Below are positions 33,422 to 44,031 of a stretch of 64,000 nucleotides of DNA, piece by piece. Made by a program: the position numbers and the translations under genes. Below the pieces are notes generated by a model. The model did no database searches, was not told the DNA's origin, and saw only the letters and a program-made list of their open reading frames with translations. Every line of letters begins with the position of its first letter. The first letter of the stretch is position 1. The DNA comes from Calditrichia bacterium. GTDB lineage: Bacteria; Calditrichota; Calditrichia; JAJRVZ01. The stretch is taken from NCBI GenBank assembly GCA_963777955.1, contig CAVZSQ010000013.1:160001-224000 (forward strand). The letters run 5' to 3'.

Positions 33422-33452
33422 AAAAAAAAAGGCGGTTTATTTACCGCCTTTT
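33422..33452 (-). terminator. Rho-independent terminator of the ribosomal superoperon, overlapping the rplQ stop
   Basis: Minus strand AAAAGGCGGT-AAATAA-ACCGCC followed by T9; the TAA stop lies in the loop. Confidence 0.85.
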
Positions 33453-34057
33453 TCCTTTTTATCTTTTTTGTCCTTTTTAACTTTTTTCTTTTCCGGTGGG
33501 ATTTCTTCTTTAGCCTTGGTTTCTTTGGATTCTTTGGCTTTGCCTTTCTTATCCTTCTTCGGTTTCGCTTCCTCCGCTCCCGGTTCTACCAGTGATCCTG
33601 TTTCACCTCTTGTTTCCAATACCTTGGCTTTATCTTCCGCTGCTTTTTTCTTAGCCTTTTTCTTTTCATCTTTGGCCGCTTTGGCTGCTTCCACTGTTTT
33701 TTCAAAACCGACCAGCTGCAGCAGGGCTATCGAAGCTCCGTCACCCTGCCGGCGGCCAAGTTTCAATATCCTGGTATAACCGCCCTGGCGATCGGTATAA
33801 ACCGGGGCAATTTCATCAAACAATATTTTAATCGATGCTTTTTGCCGCAGAAAATTAAAAGCCAGGCGCCGATGGTGTAATCCCCCTCTTTTAGCATAGG
33901 TAATCAATCGCTCCACCAGCGGCCGCGCCGTCTTGGCTTTGATCGTAGTGGTCTTAATCTCTTTATGTTCAAATAACTGATTAGCCAGATTTCTTAACAA
34001 CGCTTTGCGATGGCTGGCTGTACGGGTTAGTTGCTTACCCTTTTTTCGATGTCGCAT
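33437..34057 (-). CDS. rplQ: 50S ribosomal protein L17 with Lys/Glu-rich C-terminal extension
   Basis: MRHRK...LTRTASHRKALLRNLA, GGYTRILKLG.R.GD; follows rpoA. Confidence 0.97.
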   Translation of the reverse strand: MRHRKKGKQLTRTASHRKALLRNLANQLFEHKEIKTTTIKAKTARPLVERLITYAKRGGLHHRRLAFNFLRQKASIKILFDEIAPVYTDRQGGYTRILKLGRRQGDGASIALLQLVGFEKTVEAAKAAKDEKKKAKKKAAEDKAKVLETRGETGSLVEPGAEEAKPKKDKKGKAKESKETKAKEEIPPEKKKVKKDKKDKKEKGGK

Positions 34058-34084
34058 GATAACCTCTTATCCATTCAAGCCAAT

Positions 34085-35072
34085 TTATTTTTCATCACCT
34101 TTCAGATACTGATCCACATTCATTCCGAAATGCAGACCCCGTTCTTCCAGAATTTTATTTAATTCGGTCAAGGACTTGCGTCCGAAGTTTCTGAATTTGA
34201 GCATCTCCTGCTCATCGCGGCGGACCAGGTCGCCGATGGTTTTGATATTCGCCGCCTTCAGACAGTTATGGGAACGAACCGACAATTCCAGTTCGTCAAC
34301 ACTCATCTTCAGCAGTTTTTTAATGCGCAGCACTTCTTCATCCACTTCGGTGGTTTCTTCTTCTTCCGGTTCAATATCAAAATTGATAAATAATTGAATA
34401 TGATCGCGCAGAATTTTGCCGCTGAAGGTCAGGGCATCATCCGGTGTGATACTGCCATCGGTATGGATTTCCAGGATCAGTTTCTCAAAATCTGTGCGCT
34501 GACCCACCCGCGTATTTTCAATATAGTATTTGACGTTCATAATCGGCGAGAAGATAGCATCCATGGGTACCACGCCTATCGGCTGATCGATCATTTTATT
34601 CTCTTCAGCCGTGACATAACCGCGTCCTTTGCCGATGCGCAATTCCATCTCGAAATCCGCTTCTTCATTAAGCGAAGCCAGGTGCAGATCCGGATTGAGT
34701 ACTTCGACTTCGGCGCTTTGCTTCTGGATATCCGCTGCTTTCAATTCAGCCGGGCCTTTAATCTGCAGTACGATTTTCTCCAGGCGTTTGTTCAGCAATT
34801 TCAGACGTACCTGTTTCAGGTTTAAGACCAGTTCGGTTACATCTTCATACACACCGGGGATGGTAGTAAATTCATGCTGTATGCCTTCGACCCGGATAGC
34901 CGTAATAGCCGCACCCTGTAATGAGGAAAGTAAAACCCGGCGAAACATGTTTCCAATGGTAACAGCGAAACCTTTTTCCAGCGGTTGCACCACAAACCGA
35001 CCGAAAGTGTTACTATAACTCTGCTCATCTCAGCTCGATGCGCTCAGGCATCTGAAAATTTGTCCAGCTCAT
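34085..35072 (-). CDS. rpoA: RNA polymerase alpha subunit; frameshift near 35030
   Basis: ATG at 35072 gives MSWTNFQMPERIEL(DEQSYSNTFGRF)VVQPLEKG; RVGQRTDFEKL, ELELSVRSHNCL, NFGRKSL. Confidence 0.97.
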
Positions 35073-35103
35073 TCACGTACCTTTTTATTTAGATTATGTT
35101 TTA

Positions 35104-35733
35104 TTATTTGGAATAAAATTCAACAATTAAATTTTCCTGAACCTGGCTTGGAATATCGCTGCGTTTGGGCCAATCCAGGAAAGTACCTTCCAGCTTGGCT
35201 TTCTCCAATTTTAGCCAGGGATACATATCTTCATCATGTATTTTGCGCATAGATTCATGTATCACCGAGAGTTTTTTACTTTTTTCCTTAACCGAGACCA
35301 TATCCCCCGGCCGCAGTTGGTAAGTCGGGATATTTACCGGTTTATTGTTGACCATAAAATGGCCGTGCTTGACCAGTTGCCGGGCCTGCTCACGCGACTG
35401 GGCAAAGCCGAGACGATAAACCGTATTATCCAGCCGGCTTTCCAGCAAGCGCAACAGATTTTCACCGGTAATGCCCTTCATTCTTTCGGCTTTCAGGAAG
35501 GTGTTCTGGAACTGCCGTTCCAAAGACCCGTACATGCGGCGAACCTTCTGTTTTTCACGCAACTGTACGCCATATTCCGAAAGTTTAGCCCGCTGAGATA
35601 CACCATGCTGTCCGGGAGGATAACTCTTTTTCTCAAAGGCACACTTTACCGTCAGACATCGGCTGCCTTTCAGAAACAATTTTTCTCCTTCCCTTCTGCA
35701 CAACTTACAAACTGCACCTGTATATCTTGCCAT
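35104..35733 (-). CDS. rpsD: 30S ribosomal protein S4 (Zn-ribbon type)
   Basis: [37 protein letters not shown]. Confidence 0.98.
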   Translation of the reverse strand: MARYTGAVCKLCRREGEKLFLKGSRCLTVKCAFEKKSYPPGQHGVSQRAKLSEYGVQLREKQKVRRMYGSLERQFQNTFLKAERMKGITGENLLRLLESRLDNTVYRLGFAQSREQARQLVKHGHFMVNNKPVNIPTYQLRPGDMVSVKEKSKKLSVIHESMRKIHDEDMYPWLKLEKAKLEGTFLDWPKRSDIPSQVQENLIVEFYSK

Positions 35734-35760
35734 TCCGTTTACCTCATTCTCTTTGGTCTA

Positions 35761-36153
35761 TTAAACTCGTCTTTTCTTCGGCGCACGACATCCATTATGG
35801 GGAATGGGTGTAATGTCCTTGATCGATACAACTTCCAGGCCGGCAGCCTGCAGTGACCGGATCGCAGCCTCGCGGCCTGAACCAGGTCCTTTCACCTCGA
35901 CATCTACGCGGCGTAGACCGAGTTCAAAGGCTTCCTTGGCAGCATTTTCCGCAGCATTCTGTGCCGCGAAAGGAGTATTTTTCCGCGAACCTTTAAAACC
36001 GGCCCGGCCAGCGGTAGCCCAGGCTACAACATTTCCGTAGGCATCAGTCAGGGAAATAATCGTATTATTAAAACTGGCTTTTATATGAGCCTTACCATGA
36101 GCATCAACCCGCTCTCTTTTTTTTGTTTTCTTTTTACCTTTTGGTGCTACCAA
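35761..36153 (-). CDS. rpsK: 30S ribosomal protein S11
   Basis: [26 protein letters not shown]. Confidence 0.98.
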   Translation of the reverse strand: MVAPKGKKKTKKRERVDAHGKAHIKASFNNTIISLTDAYGNVVAWATAGRAGFKGSRKNTPFAAQNAAENAAKEAFELGLRRVDVEVKGPGSGREAAIRSLQAAGLEVVSIKDITPIPHNGCRAPKKRRV

Positions 36154-36178
36154 TTTATTTCTCCTGTTTTATTCTTGC

Positions 36179-36544
36179 TTACTTTTTAGCTCCGAGAGCA
36201 CGCCGGCGGCCTTTGCGTGTACGGGCATTGGTTTTAGTCCGCTGACCATGTACCGGTAATCCCCGGCGGTGACGCGTACCACGGTAGCAGTTAATATCCA
36301 TCAGGCGCTTGATGTTCATACTGGTTTCTGACTTAAGCGAACCTTCCACTTTGTAATTGGTCTGGATGATATTACGGATAGCTTTTACCTGTTCATCATT
36401 CAACTCGCTCACCCGCGTATCCTCATTCACATTGGCTTCCGAACAAATCCGGCGCGCGCTGCTTTTACCGATTCCATAAATATATGTTAAACCGATTACG
36501 ACGCGCTTATTCTTCGGTAAATCAATTCCAGAAATACGTGCCAA
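36179..36544 (-). CDS. rpsM: 30S ribosomal protein S13
   Basis: [33 protein letters not shown] start. Confidence 0.98.
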   Translation of the reverse strand: MARISGIDLPKNKRVVIGLTYIYGIGKSSARRICSEANVNEDTRVSELNDEQVKAIRNIIQTNYKVEGSLKSETSMNIKRLMDINCYRGTRHRRGLPVHGQRTKTNARTRKGRRRALGAKK

Positions 36545-36567
36545 AACTGCCTCCTCGAATCGGGTTT

Positions 36568-36684
36568 CTAACCCTGTCTTTGTTTATGTTTGGGATTCTT
36601 TTTACAGATCACCCGGACTACTCCCTTGCGCCGGACAATCTTGCAACCATCACATATCTTTTTAACCGATGCTCGTACTTTCAT
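36568..36684 (-). CDS. rpmJ: 50S ribosomal protein L36 (below the ORF-track cutoff)
   Basis: Manual translation: [38 protein letters not shown]. Confidence 0.97.
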   Translation of the reverse strand: MKVRASVKKICDGCKIVRRKGVVRVICKKNPKHKQRQG

Positions 36685-36725
36685 GTCTTAATCCTTTAGT
36701 GTACATTCCTGTAGGGTACTTCCTG

Positions 36726-36944
36726 CTATTTATACCGATAGATGATCCGGCCCCGGGTCAAATCGTACGGCGAAAGTTCCAGACTGACCTTATCGCCCGG
36801 CAGAATCTTAATGAAATGCATCCGCATCTTACCCGAAACATGAGCCAGTACTTCGTGACCATTATCCAGTTTTACAATAAAAGTGGCATTGGGCAATGTT
36901 TCCTTGATGATGCCATCAATCTTGATCGCTTCTTCTTTCGCCAT
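36726..36944 (-). CDS. infA: Translation initiation factor IF-1
   Basis: MAKEEAI...LPNATF.V.LDNGH...SGKMR...[12 protein letters not shown]. Confidence 0.98.
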   Translation of the reverse strand: MAKEEAIKIDGIIKETLPNATFIVKLDNGHEVLAHVSGKMRMHFIKILPGDKVSLELSPYDLTRGRIIYRYK

Positions 36945-36951
36945 GGTGCCT

Positions 36952-37704
36952 CTAATCTAATTTGGATAAAATATCCGGATCATTTTCCGTGATCGCCACC
37001 GAATGTTCAAAATGGGCTGACGGTAATCCATCTACTGTTTTAACCGTCCATTTGTCGTCCGCGAAATAAACCTCATATCCACCCATATTAACCATGGGTT
37101 CAATTGCGAGCACCATTCCTTTTCTCAGTTTAGGCCCGCTATGAGCAGCACCGAAATTCGGGATTTGCGGATCTTCATGGGGCTGCAAACCGACCCCGTG
37201 TCCGACCAGATCGCGAACAACGCTGAAACGATGATTCTCCACATGCTGCTGGATTGCACTGCTTATATCTCCCACCCGGTTTGAATCCAGTGACCGGGCA
37301 ATCCCGATATATAAACTCTCTTCGGTAACTTTCAGTAATTCGGCCACCTGTGGTTTAACTGTCTCCACTGCATAAGTATAGGCCGCATCACCATAATAAC
37401 CGTTTAATTCCACTCCCACATCTATCCCGACAATCTCACCGCTATGTAGTATCCGCTGGTCCGAAGGGATACCGTGTACTACTTCATCCTGAATCGAAAT
37501 ACAGGAACTGGCCGGAAAACCGTATAATCCTTTGAAAGCCGGCCGGGCTTTTTTACCAATTATGAAATTTTCAATCTCTCTGTTTAATTCTCCGGTACTG
37601 ATTCCCGGGCGGATGAAATCTTTGATATATCTTAAGGTCTCCGCAACAATCCGATTACTTTCCCTGATCCTTTCAATTTCATCCTTGCTCTTTATGAAAA
37701 TCAT
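36952..37704 (-). CDS. map: Type I methionine aminopeptidase
   Basis: VVHGIP, DVG...GYYGDAA, GHGVG...HEDP, AIEPM, SAHFEH. Confidence 0.97.
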   Translation of the reverse strand: MIFIKSKDEIERIRESNRIVAETLRYIKDFIRPGISTGELNREIENFIIGKKARPAFKGLYGFPASSCISIQDEVVHGIPSDQRILHSGEIVGIDVGVELNGYYGDAAYTYAVETVKPQVAELLKVTEESLYIGIARSLDSNRVGDISSAIQQHVENHRFSVVRDLVGHGVGLQPHEDPQIPNFGAAHSGPKLRKGMVLAIEPMVNMGGYEVYFADDKWTVKTVDGLPSAHFEHSVAITENDPDILSKLD

Positions 37705-37713
37705 AAAACGCTG

Positions 37714-39033
37714 TCAACCCCGTCTACCCCTGATCCGGCCCGACTTCATGAAACCGTCATAATGCCGCATGAATAAATGCGATTCCACCTGCTGCAAAAA
37801 GTCCAGGGCTACTCCGACAATAATCAGTAATCCGGTACCGCCGAAGAATGAGGCCAGGTTGTAAGGTACTTTCAAATATTTTGCCAGCAGGGCCGGGATG
37901 ATCGCCACAAAGGCCAGAAAGAACGAACTGGGTAAGGTAATACGGGTCAGAATATTATCCAGAAACTCGGAAGTTTTTTTGCCCGGACGAACGCCCGGAA
38001 TAAATCCGCCCTGTTTCTTCAGGTTATCAGCCACGTCGACCGGATTCAGCGCAATCGCGGTATAAAAATAAGTAAAGAAAACGACCATGATAAAGTACAG
38101 GATCCAGTAAAACCAGGAATCATACGAGAACAGCCGCTGGACACTGTCCATGAAATCACTTTCCGGGAAGAAGGTGATCATGGTACTGGGAACAAACATG
38201 ATGGCCTGGGCAAAGATGATCGGCATCACTCCGGCCGTATTAACCCGCATGGGAAAATGGGTATTGACACCGCCATATACTTTCCGGCCGATTACCCGTT
38301 TGGCGTATTGAATCGGAATACGGCGGGTACCCTGGGTTATCAGCACAACCACTAAAATGATGCTAAAAGCCAGAGCCAGCAGGAAAATTTCCCACAGCAA
38401 ACCGCGTTGTCCGCTTTGTATTTCCTGAAATACCGCATTGGGAAAACGGGCCACAATGCCGATAAAAATGATCATGGAAATACCATTACCGATGCCGCGG
38501 TGATCGATCTGCTCGCCAAGCCACATGATCAGCATAGTCCCCGTGGACATCGAAATCATGGTAAGCAGGATAAAAGATAATCCCGGATCGGGTACTGCCC
38601 GCATACCGTTGGACAGTTGAATGTTCTGCAGAAAAATAGCCACTCCATACCCCTGCATGGCTGAAATCAACAGCGTGCCGTACCGGGTATACTGGGTAAT
38701 TTTTTTCCGCCCTTCTTCGCCCTCGCGCTGCAGTTTCTGGAAGAAGGGGAAAACCGATCCCAGTAATTGAATAATAATCGATGCACTGATATAGGGCATA
38801 ATCCCCAGACCGAAAATAGCAGCCCGGCTGAAGGCTCCTCCGGCGAATAGATCGTAGAGTCCGAATAACGTTCCCTGTAACTGTTTAAATCCTTCCTCCA
38901 GCACGGCCGTATCAATTCCGGGGGTAATCACCAGTGTGCCGATCCGTTCAATCGACAGGATCATCAGTGTAAACAGGATACGCTGGCGCAGTTCGGCAAT
39001 TTTGAAAATATTTCGAAAGGTATTGAATATCAT
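37714..39033 (-). CDS. secY: Preprotein translocase SecY
   Basis: LGIMPYISASII.QLL, GIGNGISMIIF, AGVMPIIFA, FIPGVRPG, GGTGLLI.VGV. Confidence 0.98.
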   Translation of the reverse strand: MIFNTFRNIFKIAELRQRILFTLMILSIERIGTLVITPGIDTAVLEEGFKQLQGTLFGLYDLFAGGAFSRAAIFGLGIMPYISASIIIQLLGSVFPFFQKLQREGEEGRKKITQYTRYGTLLISAMQGYGVAIFLQNIQLSNGMRAVPDPGLSFILLTMISMSTGTMLIMWLGEQIDHRGIGNGISMIIFIGIVARFPNAVFQEIQSGQRGLLWEIFLLALAFSIILVVVLITQGTRRIPIQYAKRVIGRKVYGGVNTHFPMRVNTAGVMPIIFAQAIMFVPSTMITFFPESDFMDSVQRLFSYDSWFYWILYFIMVVFFTYFYTAIALNPVDVADNLKKQGGFIPGVRPGKKTSEFLDNILTRITLPSSFFLAFVAIIPALLAKYLKVPYNLASFFGGTGLLIIVGVALDFLQQVESHLFMRHYDGFMKSGRIRGRRG

Positions 39034-39470
39034 GACAGCGTTATCGTGCCTCCCAGTTTTTCAATCTTTTCGCGTGCAGATTTACTGATCGCATCCACTT
39101 TAATGTTGATCTTGGATTTCAAATCTCCATTGCCTAGAATTTTTACCGGTATATCCATTTTGCGGATCAGGCCCTTTTCTTTCAGCAGTTCACGGTCAAT
39201 TTCTTTTGGACCGGCCAGTTTCTCCAGGTCTGCTACATTCACCACCTGAAATGCCTTTTTATGGATATTAACAAAACCAAATTTGGGCAATCGTCTTTGC
39301 AGTGGCATCTGTCCGCCCTCAAACCAGGCGCGTTTTCCGGAACCGCCCCGGGATAGTTCTCCCTTATTGCCGCGTCCGGCTGTTACTCCGCGACCCGATC
39401 CTTCACCACGGCCAACACGTTTCTTTTTATGGCGGGCGCCATCCCTGTATTTTAAACTTCCTAAATCCAT
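39030..39470 (-). CDS. rplO: 50S ribosomal protein L15
   Basis: RVGRGEGSG.G, FEGGQMPLQRRLPKFGF, KILGNG. Confidence 0.98.
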   Translation of the reverse strand: MDLGSLKYRDGARHKKKRVGRGEGSGRGVTAGRGNKGELSRGGSGKRAWFEGGQMPLQRRLPKFGFVNIHKKAFQVVNVADLEKLAGPKEIDRELLKEKGLIRKMDIPVKILGNGDLKSKINIKVDAISKSAREKIEKLGGTITLS

Positions 39471-39480
39471 CACATTTCCT

Positions 39481-39678
39481 TTACTTTACATCCTCGACCC
39501 GAACCAGATCTTTTACTTTTTTCACCATCCCTACTATCTGGGGAGTGGCCGGATGAGTGACACTATGATTCAGTTTATGAATGCCGAGAGCACGAATAGT
39601 CCGTTTCTGTTTTTCTATACACCCGATCGTACTGCGAATCTGGGTGATCTTAATTTTCTTGTTGTCCTTGCTTGTCAT
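39481..39678 (-). CDS. rpmD: 50S ribosomal protein L30
   Basis: IKITQIRSTIG...TIRALGI...GMVKKV. Confidence 0.96.
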   Translation of the reverse strand: MTSKDNKKIKITQIRSTIGCIEKQKRTIRALGIHKLNHSVTHPATPQIVGMVKKVKDLVRVEDVK

Positions 39679-39701
39679 GGTTATATCCCAGTTGTTATCT
39701 G

Positions 39702-40208
39702 CTAGCCGTTAAAAATTTCCAGAATTTTCAGACCCCGTTTCTTCGAGAGGGATGAAGCATCCATCAAAGACCGCAAGGCGTTAAACGTCGCCTTGGTAAC
39801 ATTATGGGGATTGGACGATCCGAGGGATTTGGTCAGGATATCCTGGATCCCTACTGCTTCACACAGCGCTCTTACCGGGCCGCCGGCAATCAAACCGGTA
39901 CCGGCCGAGGCAGGTTTTAAAATCACCTTGCCTGCGCCGTATTTCATCACGATCGGATGAGGGATAGTCCCTTTTATAATCGGAACACGGATGATATTTT
40001 TTTTGGCCTTTTCAGTGGCTTTGGCGATGGCCCCGGTTACCTCACGTGCTTTGCCATGTCCGATACCGACATGCCCGTTCCCGTCACCAACCACAATGAT
40101 CGCATTAAATGAAAATCTACGCCCACCTTTGATCACCTTGGCCACGCGATTTATATGAACGACTTTTTCCTTCAGATCCAGTTCTGCGGAATTAATCCTC
40201 TCGATCAA
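39702..40208 (-). CDS. rpsE: 30S ribosomal protein S5
   Basis: [37 protein letters not shown]. Confidence 0.98.
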   Translation of the reverse strand: MIERINSAELDLKEKVVHINRVAKVIKGGRRFSFNAIIVVGDGNGHVGIGHGKAREVTGAIAKATEKAKKNIIRVPIIKGTIPHPIVMKYGAGKVILKPASAGTGLIAGGPVRALCEAVGIQDILTKSLGSSNPHNVTKATFNALRSLMDASSLSKKRGLKILEIFNG

Positions 40209-40228
40209 ACTATGTCCTCCTTATGGTT

Positions 40229-40567
40229 TTAAAATTTCAATCCGCCTTCACGGGCTCCTTCAGCGAAAGCTTTAATCCGCCCATGATAGAGATAACCATT
40301 GCGATCAAAGACTACCTGTTCAATCTTTTGTTTAACGGCCCGTTCAGCCAGAATTTTACCGATCTCTTTACTGGCTTTTGTTTTGTTTCCTGCTTTTTTC
40401 AGACTCTGGCCCAGATCTTTACTTATATTGGAAACCGAGAGCAAAGTCTTGTGATTGATATCGTCGACCAGTTGCCCGTATACATATTTTAAACTGCGAT
40501 AGACAACCAGGCGCGGTTTTTGCGGTGTTCCAATTATTTTTTTCTTTTTGTTGCTACTGTTAGGCAT
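40229..40567 (-). CDS. rplR: 50S ribosomal protein L18
   Basis: GT..KPRLVVYRS, VVFDRNGYLYHGRIKA.AEGAREGGL.F; ATG at 40567. Confidence 0.96.
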   Translation of the reverse strand: MPNSSNKKKKIIGTPQKPRLVVYRSLKYVYGQLVDDINHKTLLSVSNISKDLGQSLKKAGNKTKASKEIGKILAERAVKQKIEQVVFDRNGYLYHGRIKAFAEGAREGGLKF

Positions 40568-40595
40568 TTTAAACCTCAACCCTTATTATGCTGCT

Positions 40596-41132
40596 TTATG
40601 CACCCGTCTTGCCGGCTTTTTTGCGCACATACTCTCCGGCATACCGAATACCTTTACCTTTATATGGTTCCGGGCTGCGGAAACCGCGGATTTTTGCCGC
40701 TATCAAACCGACTAATTCTTTATCCGCTCCCTCAATCACAATTTCGGTGGCTACGGGACAGGAAGCGGTAATTGTTTCCGGCATGGCTAATAGAATAGGA
40801 TGGGAATATCCCAGATTTAACAATAGATGTTTCCCTCTCAGTTCCGCTTTATATCCCACTCCGATAATTTCCAGTTTGCGCTGGTAACCTTTGGAAACCC
40901 CGGCAACCATATTGGCAATCAGCGAACGGGTCAGCCCGTGCAAGGATTTATGCTTCTTACTATCCCCGGGCCGGCTGACTTTAATTTCATTTTGTTCGAT
41001 CTTGACATCCATGTCGGCATGTATTTTCATGGTCAACTGTCCTCTGGGACCTTTGCAGGACAATACATGATTTTCAAGATTCACATCCACTTTTTCAGGA
41101 ATCTTTATCGGTAATCTTCCAATCCGTGACAA
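40596..41132 (-). CDS. rplF: 50S ribosomal protein L6
   Basis: TTG start at 41132 (MSRIGRLP) behind GGAG; GVGYKA, LGYSHP, PEPYKGKGIRY. Confidence 0.98.
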   Translation of the reverse strand: MSRIGRLPIKIPEKVDVNLENHVLSCKGPRGQLTMKIHADMDVKIEQNEIKVSRPGDSKKHKSLHGLTRSLIANMVAGVSKGYQRKLEIIGVGYKAELRGKHLLLNLGYSHPILLAMPETITASCPVATEIVIEGADKELVGLIAAKIRGFRSPEPYKGKGIRYAGEYVRKKAGKTGA

Positions 41133-41156
41133 GGTCGCTTCTCCTTTAACTAACAA

Positions 41157-41558
41157 TTAGTACACATAACAAAGAACTTCGCCGCCCACATGATTTCGCT
41201 GTGCTTCATGAGCGGTCATTATACCCTTAGGTGTAGTCATGATGGCCACCCCCAGATTATTTAAAACTCTAGGTAAACCATTGACACCCACGTAATGGCG
41301 GCGTCCGGGTTTACTGATACGGCGTATTAAATTGATCAGGGGTTTTCCGCCTTCATCATATTTAAGCCAGATCCGCAGTATACCTTTGTTGCCTTCGGTA
41401 TCTATAATTATGTATCGTTTCAGGTACCCCTGCGCGTATAATATTTTGGTGATCTGTAGTTTCATTTTCGATGCGGGGATATCGACATGTTTGAATCCCG
41501 CTCTTCCTCCATTACGGATGATCGTCAAATAATCTGCAATCGGATCGGTTACAGCCAT
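41157..41558 (-). CDS. rpsH: 30S ribosomal protein S8
   Basis: TDPIADYLT.IRN, ISKPGRR.Y, VGGEVLCYV. Confidence 0.98.
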   Translation of the reverse strand: MAVTDPIADYLTIIRNGGRAGFKHVDIPASKMKLQITKILYAQGYLKRYIIIDTEGNKGILRIWLKYDEGGKPLINLIRRISKPGRRHYVGVNGLPRVLNNLGVAIMTTPKGIMTAHEAQRNHVGGEVLCYVY

Positions 41559-41582
41559 GTTCTTTCAACTCCTATTCACTAT

Positions 41583-41768
41583 TTACCAACTTGCTTTGGT
41601 CACACCGGGGATTTCCCCCATCAGTGCTAATTCCCGGAAACAAATACGGCATAATCCATATTTGCGGATATAGGCTCTGGGCCTGCCGCAGCGTTTGCAG
41701 CGATGATAATTTCTGGTGCTGAACTTTTGTTTTCGATTCGCCTTAACTATCATGCAACGTTTTGCCAA
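41583..41768 (-). CDS. rpsN: 30S ribosomal protein S14 type Z
   Basis: TTG start [13 protein letters not shown]...LCRICFRE...[11 protein letters not shown]. Confidence 0.97.
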   Translation of the reverse strand: MAKRCMIVKANRKQKFSTRNYHRCKRCGRPRAYIRKYGLCRICFRELALMGEIPGVTKASW

Positions 41769-41787
41769 CTTGCACCTCACTCCTTAA

Positions 41788-42345
41788 TTATGCTTGTTTT
41801 CTGAACGGCATGCCAAAAGCCTTCAACAATTCAAATGCTTCTTCATCACTCCTGGCATTAGTGACGAACGTAATATCCAACCCGCGAATACGGTCTATTT
41901 TATCTACATTGATCTCCGGAAAAATAATCTGTTCTTTTATCCCGATACTATAACCGCCGCGTCCGTCCAGCGAGGTATCAGAGAGTCCCCTGAAATCACG
42001 GATTCTGGGAATAGTGATGGTGATGAAGCGATCCAGAAACTCGAATAACCGTTTACGGCGCAAGGTTACCCGGCAACCGATGGTCATGCCGGCCCGCAAT
42101 TTAAAATTTGACACGGATTTTTTGGCCTTGGTAACCGCCGGTTTCTGACCGCTGATCAGGGTCAGTTCACTTATGGCATGTTCGAGCAGTTTAGGATCCT
42201 GCTTGGCATCACCCACACCCATATTCAAACAAATCTTCTCTATCCGCGGTACCTGATGAACATTGGTGTAACCAAAACGTTTCATCATATAGGGAATGAT
42301 CTCTTTTTTATATTTTTCTAATGCTCGCGGAATATATTCAGCCAT
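41788..42345 (-). CDS. rplE: 50S ribosomal protein L5
   Basis: [32 protein letters not shown]. Confidence 0.98.
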   Translation of the reverse strand: MAEYIPRALEKYKKEIIPYMMKRFGYTNVHQVPRIEKICLNMGVGDAKQDPKLLEHAISELTLISGQKPAVTKAKKSVSNFKLRAGMTIGCRVTLRRKRLFEFLDRFITITIPRIRDFRGLSDTSLDGRGGYSIGIKEQIIFPEINVDKIDRIRGLDITFVTNARSDEEAFELLKAFGMPFRKQA

Positions 42346-42365
42346 TTTTCTTCATCCTATCTATA

Positions 42366-42686
42366 TCAGGTTGATAATATTTCACCACAATCGGCATTCT
42401 TACAGATACGTACCTTGGTGCCGTCATCAAGATATTTATGACCCACGCGGGTGGGCTGGTTACATTTTTTACAGATTACCATCAAATTCGAAACATGAAT
42501 CGGCGCTTCCTTTTCGACAATGCCACCCTGCGGATGTTTACGGGAAGGCTTGGTATGACGTTTGATCATGCCTACCCCTTCAATAATGACCCGATTCTTA
42601 TCAGGATAAACTTTCAGTACCTTACCTGTTTTGGTTTTATACTTTCCGGATATTACTTTTACCAGATCATTTTTTACCAGGTTCAT
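42366..42686 (-). CDS. rplX: 50S ribosomal protein L24
   Basis: [22 protein letters not shown]. Confidence 0.97.
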   Translation of the reverse strand: MNLVKNDLVKVISGKYKTKTGKVLKVYPDKNRVIIEGVGMIKRHTKPSRKHPQGGIVEKEAPIHVSNLMVICKKCNQPTRVGHKYLDDGTKVRICKNADCGEILST

Positions 42687-42704
42687 TGTTCAAATCCTAT
42701 CTAT

Positions 42705-43073
42705 TTATAGTACTTCAGGAGCTAACGATACAATTTTCATAAATTCTTTTTCACGCAATTCCCGCGCTACCGGACCAAAGATACGGGTACCGCGAGGTTC
42801 GTTTTGATTATCCAGTAACACCGCAGCATTATCTTCGAAACGGATATAGGAGCCATCATCCCGCCGGATTTCCTTGCTGGTGCGTACGATTACCGCCCGG
42901 GAAACTTCTCCTTTTTTTACCGCACCACCCGGGATAGCGGTTTTAATCGACACCACAATGATATCCCCCACTGTAGCATATTTCCTTTTTGATCCACCCA
43001 GTAAGCGGATACACATGACGCTCTTGGCACCTGAATTATCGGCTACACTCAGCCTGGTATATTCCTGAATCAT
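42705..43073 (-). CDS. rplN: 50S ribosomal protein L14
   Basis: [28 protein letters not shown]. Confidence 0.98.
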   Translation of the reverse strand: MIQEYTRLSVADNSGAKSVMCIRLLGGSKRKYATVGDIIVVSIKTAIPGGAVKKGEVSRAVIVRTSKEIRRDDGSYIRFEDNAAVLLDNQNEPRGTRIFGPVARELREKEFMKIVSLAPEVL

Positions 43074-43097
43074 GTGTGAATCCTTTCTGCTTGCAAC

Positions 43098-43361
43098 CTA
43101 CTTTTTACGTTCAACAATCTCCACTAGGCGCCATCTTTTATTTCTGCTCAAAGGCCTGGTTTCCATGATTCTGACCAGATCCCCTTCCTGGCATTCATTC
43201 TTTCTCGTCATGAGCCATAAGTTTAGTGGTACGATTGATATATTTTTTATAGACCGGATGTTTGATACGGCGCTCCACCGAGACCGAAATCGTCTTATCC
43301 ATTTTATTACTCGTGACCAATCCGATTCTGTTCTTTGCGTATGGTCCGATCTTGTATCCAT
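43098..43361 (-). CDS. rpsQ: 30S ribosomal protein S17 (about three single-base insertions scramble the middle of the listed ORF)
   Basis: A shifted frame reads [43 protein letters not shown]; the C-terminus [23 protein letters not shown] is in the listed ORF. Confidence 0.95.
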   Translation of the reverse strand: MDTRSDHTQRTESDWSRVIKWIRRFRSRWSAVSNIRSIKNISIVPLNLWLMTRKNECQEGDLVRIMETRPLSRNKRWRLVEIVERKK

Positions 43362-43364
43362 ATT

Positions 43365-43601
43365 TCACCTGTTCCTTTTATTTACCCTTGAGGCCTTGCG
43401 TATTTCGTTTTTATATTCTGCCAACAAGGTTTTCACCCTGGCAATGTCTCTGCGTACCGTGCGAATCCGCAGGGGATTTGTAATCTGATGCGTGGATTTC
43501 TGCAATTGTAGATTATTCAGTTCTTCCTGCAGTATACCCAATTTATTTTGCAACTGGTCCGGCGCCATACTCATAATTTCATCTTTGCTTTTCATAGCCA
43601 T
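43365..43601 (-). CDS. rpmC: 50S ribosomal protein L29
   Basis: EELNNLQLQ...[17 protein letters not shown]; lies between rplP and rpsQ. The exact 3' end may be affected by an indel. Confidence 0.93.
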   Translation of the reverse strand: MAMKSKDEIMSMAPDQLQNKLGILQEELNNLQLQKSTHQITNPLRIRTVRRDIARVKTLLAEYKNEIRKASRVNKRNR

Positions 43602-44013
43602 TACCTTTCCCGTGCCACAAATTTTGTTTTAATCGGTAATTTAAAGGAAGCCAGGCGCATCGCTTCTTTGGCCAGATCTTCGGTTACCCCTTCAATTTCA
43701 AACATAACACGTCCTGCTTTTAACGACAGCCACCCAGAATTCAGGTGCACCTTTTCCTTTACCCATGCGGGTTTCGGCGGGTTTTTTAGTTACCGGTTTA
43801 TCCGGAAAGATGCGGATCCATACTTTGCCGCCTCTTTTTATATGACGGGTCATGGCAATACGCGACGCTTCTATCTGCCGGCTGGTTATCCAGGCGGATT
43901 CCATGGCTTTTAAGCCATAGTGTCCGAAGGCAACGATAATTACCTTTCTGTGCATACCCTTTCATATGCCCGCGTTGCTGCTTACGGTACTTGATTCTTT
44001 TTGGCATTAACAT
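43601..44013 (-). CDS. rplP: 50S ribosomal protein L16; frameshifts near 43938 and 43720
   Basis: [15 protein letters not shown] + [12 protein letters not shown]...[23 protein letters not shown] + [11 protein letters not shown]...[13 protein letters not shown]. Confidence 0.96.
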
Positions 44014-44031
44014 ATCGGTTTACTCCACTCT

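Noticed and set aside
43365..43410. Basic C-terminal extension of L29
   Set aside because: Lies in an indel-dense patch; a one- or two-base correction gives an earlier stop, so the extension is not reliable.
43098..44013. rpsQ and rplP as pseudogenes or programmed-frameshift genes
   Set aside because: Essential proteins with fully conserved sequence across frames; no consistent slippery motif; insertion-only pattern fits consensus error.
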